Shown piece by piece: positions 58,505 to 64,000 of a stretch of 64,000 nt of DNA. The notes under the pieces are model-generated. The model searched no databases. It was given only the letters and a program-made list of their open reading frames with translations, and was not told the DNA's origin. The translations under genes were made by a program, and so were the position numbers. The stretch lies in NCBI GenBank assembly GCA_002245135.1, contig NGBS01000874.1, forward strand, positions 1 to 64,000, written 5' to 3'. Each line of letters starts with the position of its first letter. The first letter of the stretch is position 1. The DNA comes from Proteromonas lacertae (taxonomy: Eukaryota).

Positions 58505-61500
58505 TTATTCTTTCTATTCCGAAATTCACTGGTAAATTACCTATGTTAGTTATTGTAAATGTCTTCATCTTACTATCAGTTCGAACTACATTACCAAAAT
58601 CTACTACATAATCAGCTAATGGAAACTCACCTAAATGTAAATTAGATATTTTCTTATTCGCCATTTTTGTTGTTTTGCCTGTTTTATTACTGATATTTGT
58701 TAAACCAGTTTCAGGTGTTTTTGTGGTTTTATCAACTACTCCTTCACTTTTTGAACCATTTATTGATGTTCCATTTAATTCTTTCTCTTTTCGAGCTACA
58801 CATAAATCAATAGGATTTTGATTGTTTATTTCATCTAATAATTAATCAATATAATATAATCTTAATGCTTCAAATTCTCTATCAACTGTGATTTGTAATC
58901 CTGTTGTATTCTTTCCTGAAGGTAATTTGTTCGTATTTGTCATCATTTTAAGTGGAGATGGTATTTTATTATCATTCTGTTGTGAATTCTTACTTCTGAC
59001 AGAAACTGATTTTTGACTATTTACTCTTGCAGAATACTGTTTTTTGTTTTCATCTTTTTCTTTTTCTTTACATTTTTCTTCTTCTGCATTTGTATTTGCT
59101 ATTGTTGGTTCTTCACTATGTGGTGCTAATTCTCCTTCTAGTTTTGGTTCTGGTGGTAATTCTTTTAAACATGTGTTGGTGAATTAACTGGAACTCCATC
59201 TACAATTATTGGCTTTTCAGCTTCAACTGGTTTTTCTTTTTCTTCTTCTGTTGATGGTTGTTCTGGCTGTTGTTGTTGTCTTGCTTCTTCTCCTTCAGTA
59301 TTTATAATAGTGTTATTATTACTTTCATCTATTGAAGATTCCACTACTTCAGGTAAAGATGGTTGTTGTTTGATTGGTGATGGTAAAGCTGGAATGATAA
59401 TGGATGTTCTGTATTGGATAATTCAATCAATCTATCAGCTTCTTCCAAGTAATGTTCCCAATTATTTGGTATTACCAATTCAGCATCATTCACTTTGATA
59501 TTTGCATAAATACCTGTTATATAAAGTAGAAAATCTATTGGAACATAATGAGCTATTTCTATTACTAATTTCTCTATTACTGAATCTGGAATTCCTACTC
59601 TCATTTTAACAGAGATTCTTTGTTGATCATGAGATGGAATTAATCCATTACATGGTGAAACACCAACTAAACCAGGTCGAGATACACTATCAGTTGAGAT
59701 TTTAAATGGAAAATCTACTGAACCTGTATTAAATATATGAAAATCTCTTTCTTCTACTTTCATATAAGGAATTCTACCAAAATCAATATTTTGTTTATCC
59801 AATCTATAAGATAAGACTGAACTTTCACCTTTCATTTTGATGTTATAAACTGGTCCTCCATCTACATAACATTTACCCAATGCTCTTGATAATACATGTG
59901 GTATTCCTGAATATCTCAATTCCATTTCTTCACATTCACCTAGTTGTAAAATACCTTGAATTGGAGTTATTTCAAATACTTCATTGATTGGAGATGTTTG
60001 ATTTTCAGTTTCATCAATTTCTAATTCCCAATGATAAGGACAAGGAATTGTTCGACGATTTTCAGTTCAAAATCAAAATCATTTTGAGATAACCATAAAT
60101 TGGGAAAGGCAACATCAGCTACACATGGAATTGAATCTTTCTGAGGATGATCTTCATATCTTATATTCAATATTCCATTTATTTTACTAGAGATTTTATC
60201 ATCTTTATAATTTGGATCAAATTCCACTGTCACATTAGTTGATTCATTTGGTTCTAAATGGAATTCATTCATACTCAATAATAATGGAGCTGCTACACTT
60301 ATTATCGCATCTAAACTCAATGTTGATATATTCTTAAATACAACTGTCTTACTTTGAACTTCGATTTTCTCTTCAGAACATTGAATTAATGGATTCATAA
60401 AGTTCACTTTTACTTCGGTTTCTTTTGCTTCATTATTTCTTATTTCTCCATCAAATTTCCTCAAACAAGAAAACATTTTCATCACTTCACAGGGTTTTTC
60501 ACAGCTTCCAGATGTTACAAAATTTCAAGCAGTATTGGGTTTTAATTCGATTGCATTGGGAGTTATTGTAAATATAGCTTCATAAGGTTTGAATTCATTT
60601 CACTTTCCATCTTTGATTTATTGGCTTTAAAAGATTTTTCTTTTTCTACTGCTGTTTGATTTATCCAAGTTAATCTTTGACTTCTTAAACCTCGGTTTTC
60701 TAATAAAAAAATACTCTTTCGATTGTTCTGTTTGTGAATTGATCACCAAAATCAATTACATCTACTGGATCTTCTCAAAATATTGTTGTTATTATACATT
60801 TAGCTGTAACTGGAAGAATTGCACTATCTCCTTCAGTTGCTGCTATGTATATTGTATCTTTATAAGCTAATACATCTTCCAACATGCAACTAACTACTAT
60901 CTTTTGAGATTCTTTACTTTGTAATATACCATCAACTCTATCAGTATTAAAATAAAATCCTCGTTCAAAATCTAATTTATAAAAAGCTGGAATTGAAGTT
61001 GGATTAGTTATTGTAAATTCTTTTGTATGAGTATCTAAACAAGTTATATCACCAAATTTTATATGATTTAAATTTGACTTTATCACTGGTCCAAGTCCAT
61101 TTGCTTCTAATACTAATACCAATGGAGGATATTGACTGCCACGTATTTGAATATATAATGGAATTCTCATATCACCTAATTTCTCAGGATTTAATAAAAC
61201 TTTAATCATTTGAGTTGCCATTGGTCCAATTACGCCTTTAACTGGATCAGGGAAATAACTACCAATCGATTTACTTCTTTCATCTTGTTCTGTTTTCAAA
61301 TTGAGCACTTAAATTGGATTTATTCTTTAATGTTAAAGTTCGATAATAAGTATATCTTAAATAACAATCTCCATATTTCAATGATTCTTCTAATAATTCT
61401 ACTTCAGCTACTCGACATTCAGCACTTATTGGAATTGTTAATAAAGCTTCACCTACACTTTCAATATCAATTGCTAAACAATAATCATATACTTTTATTG

Positions 61501-62210
61501 TTTGAGATATGAAATTGATTTTGATTTTCTTTTCTCCTTCTGGTAATACTGTTGCTACTGCTTGAACTATTTCGAATTCTTTGTTTAAGTAATTACCATC
61601 TTGAGGAACTCGTAAATTGAATATAAATGGAACAGAGGAAGTATTTCTTAATATCAAATCAGTTGAGTTAAAAACACATAACTTACAATACCAAAATCTA
61701 GTTTATTCTTATTAAAGAAGAATGTTGGACCAACTACATGTCCTTTTATTGTTAATACCACATTATTAGTTGCTCCTTTTAATGCAAATTCAAAATGATC
61801 ACTAAATTCACCAAGAGTTGAACTTGTATAAGATACTTCGATTGTTACACTTTCTTCTATATCTAATTCACCTTGGTGGAGTAAATATTACATTTGGTTT
61901 AATTGATCCTTCATTGGTAAGTGATACTTCAACCAATATCTAATGATAAATAAGCAGGATCCATTGATATTATTTGAGTGCTTCAACCAATATCTAAATC
62001 TTGAGCTTGAGCTTTTTTTCTTCTAATTAATACATTTTTTCTCCTAAAGTCTAAATCAACACTATTCTGCTGTATATTTGATATATTATTTTTTCTACTC
62101 TATAATTGGGCCTAGTTAATCTTTGACTTCTTAAACCTCGATTTTCTATTAAAATGCGCTTTCAGCTTATCTGTTAATAAATTTACCACCAAAATCAATT
62201 ACATCTACTT
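58505..62210 (-). pseudogene. HYDIN: Captured Hydin fragments in element 2
   Basis: LRNTSSVPFIFNLRVPQDG, IKFGDITCLDTH, GILNIRYEDHPQKD and GGPVYNIKMKGE are repeated ASH domains characteristic of Hydin. Confidence 0.85.
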
Positions 62211-62309
62211 TATGTTCATAAAATAATGATGCTTCTATACCTTTCGCTGTACATGATAGTATTATACAGTTTATAAATAATATAAAGTAAGTATTTTGAT
62301 AATAATAAT

Positions 62310-62348
<39 letters not shown>

Positions 62349-62836
62349 ACATTTTGATTTTCTTAAATAAAAAAAAAAACTGTCAAGTTTGACAAGCTTG
62401 ATTTTTCTTTTTTGAAATATCTTCATATCTTGATATAATATTTTAACATTCTTCAAAGTTTCTACTGAAATTCATTTTTTCTCTTTGACTGAATCAAAAA
62501 AACATACAAACAAAAAAGTTGAAGAAAATGAAATTTTAAATTAAAAATGACGTCAGAAGGGGTACAATTCTTAATTCCTGTTTAACTGACACTTCTTATT
62601 TAGACATTATATGTCAATAAAAACATAAAATTTGGAATATACATAATTTCTAGAATATATTTTGATAGTTTTTATTCAATATTATGACAATTAATAGTTA
62701 CTCATAGATGTAGGTTATATGACAAAGTAAGTATAAAAGTAACAATTTTTCATTAAAAGAAGTGTAATTGTGTATTTAGTTTGTTTTGAAAGTGTCTGGT
62801 AGACAAACGGCCAACTCTGACAAACGGCGCACAACA

Positions 62837-63246
62837 TCTATTATAATACAAATGATATAACTAGAATTGCATTCAATCCTATAAGAAAATCAGCAAAATC
62901 AGAATCTATTAGAGATGCAAGATTAATTATAAATTATAGTAATAAAATTATGGAATCCTTTAATACTAGAACTATATATCAAAAAGACAAATTCATACAT
63001 TCATTTGGAAACATGAACATTAAATTAAATCCAATTAGAAACGAATTCGATTTAGTTGGAGATAGTATAGATGGATATTTAACAGGTTTTACAGGATATT
63101 TTGGAGGTGATATAAGAAAAAATTATAATGGTGTTGAATTAGATAGTTCTTTTTTTTTTATAGGTTTTGGTGATATGGATTCAGTAGTAGCAAGTATTTA
63201 TCCTGATAATATTGTATATAATATTATATTTCAATTGATAATTTAA
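62837..63246 (+). pseudogene. 3' part of an unknown gene truncated by the TIR
   Basis: The frame is open from near the TIR junction into ORF 62950..63246. Confidence 0.35.
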
Positions 63247-63585
63247 TCAAAAGAAAAAGAGAATCCATTTCTTCACAAGAGATTTACAAGTGAGTAAAAA
63301 ACGAAAATTAGAAGAAGAAGAGAGAATGAAGAAAGAAGAGAAGATTTATCATGAGCTAATTATAATTAGCGACGAAGATGATTAATTTATTATTATTAAA
63401 ATTTAGAAGTAAAATTTATACATATATAGATATTCCTATATTTTACTGTTTAAATTGTTTCTAAATTTTAATTGGAGGATACTAACTATACAAGATTTAA
63501 GAAAAAAAATAATTAGTATACATAAAGCTTATATATTGGCCAGAATAAACATAAATTTATAGAAATTACAAATTATTATGTTATA

Positions 63586-63885
63586 TTAACCATAAAACAT
63601 CTGTAATATACATAAACATAATTCGACCTTTTTTACAGTTTCATAAGGTTTGAAGTGTCGAATTATCGGGTTATGACTGTACTTCTTTTCATCAGTGTTA
63701 TACTTTGATCCATAATATATCAATGCATATTGATTTTTCATCTTTTCTAATACTTTTGCTTCATTTAATACTTTTTCTGTTGATTTTTTATTGACTATTA
63801 GCTCTTTTCTCGCAACATTTATCCCATTCATTTTTATTAAATGCACTTTCCCATAACCACCATTTCCAATTGTTCTTAATGCCAT
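63586..63885 (-). pseudogene. Protein kinase N-lobe fragment
   Basis: IGNGGYGKV Gly loop, VARK and alphaC Glu; no catalytic loop. Confidence 0.7.
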
Positions 63886-64000
63886 ATTTGGTATAATAAA
63901 GTAGAAATATTTGTTTTATAAAGAATAGGAAGTTTATAAAAATATGAAAAGCTTGATTTTGATTTGATAAATGATTTGTTAAATTTTTTATTTACATCCA

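Larger units (their letters stand above)
55669..62836 (-). mobile_element. Ginger2-like transposon 2 (integrase deleted) with Ulp1 domains and Hydin cargo
   Basis: TIRs of about 104 bp, TGTTGTGCGCCGTTTGTCAGAG. The 5' region 62340-62650 is homologous to 46030-46330 and the layout matches element 1. Confidence 0.85.

Noticed and set aside
58505..62210. Functional host Hydin locus
   Set aside because: Fragmented, frameshifted, internally deleted, and bounded by element sequence in both copies.

Overview
Very AT-rich eukaryotic DNA with 29-39 nt spliceosomal introns. TGTTTGTT 3' motifs suggest a Blastocystis-like stramenopile host, but this is inference. The window is almost entirely a nested, rearranged cluster of endogenous viruses and DNA transposons. 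(1) Polinton-like/adintovirus-like virus A, about 6.8-23.4 kb: minor capsid, major capsid, A32-type packaging ATPase, fibre-like gene, basic core/pVI-like proteins and intron-containing genes. It has an inverted duplicate at 1-3834 fused to a pPolB pseudogene. Fragments of further lineages lie at 22.3-23.4 kb, 46.5-47.1 kb and 52-54.6 kb. (2) A GC-richer 8.3 kb element (23378-31682) with AGT...ACT termini, ATATAT flanks, a 203 bp terminal fold-back, an 821 aa coiled-coil gene and a Zn-finger gene; a deleted relative lies at about 34.6-36.9 kb. (3) An hAT family: one intact spliced transposase and two internally deleted copies with 8 bp TSDs. (4) Two large TGTTG-terminated Ginger2-like integrase/Ulp1-protease transposons (38499-46509 and 55669-62836) plus MITEs with 5 bp TSDs. 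Both large elements carry captured Hydin fragments downstream of a conserved splice donor. In element 1 the predicted 3.3 kb intron, once spliced, would assemble the transposase start codon (AT|G). Two apparent host genes sit in between: a GT23-like fucosyltransferase and an FkbM-like methyltransferase. All family assignments come from motif recognition by eye; no database search was run.
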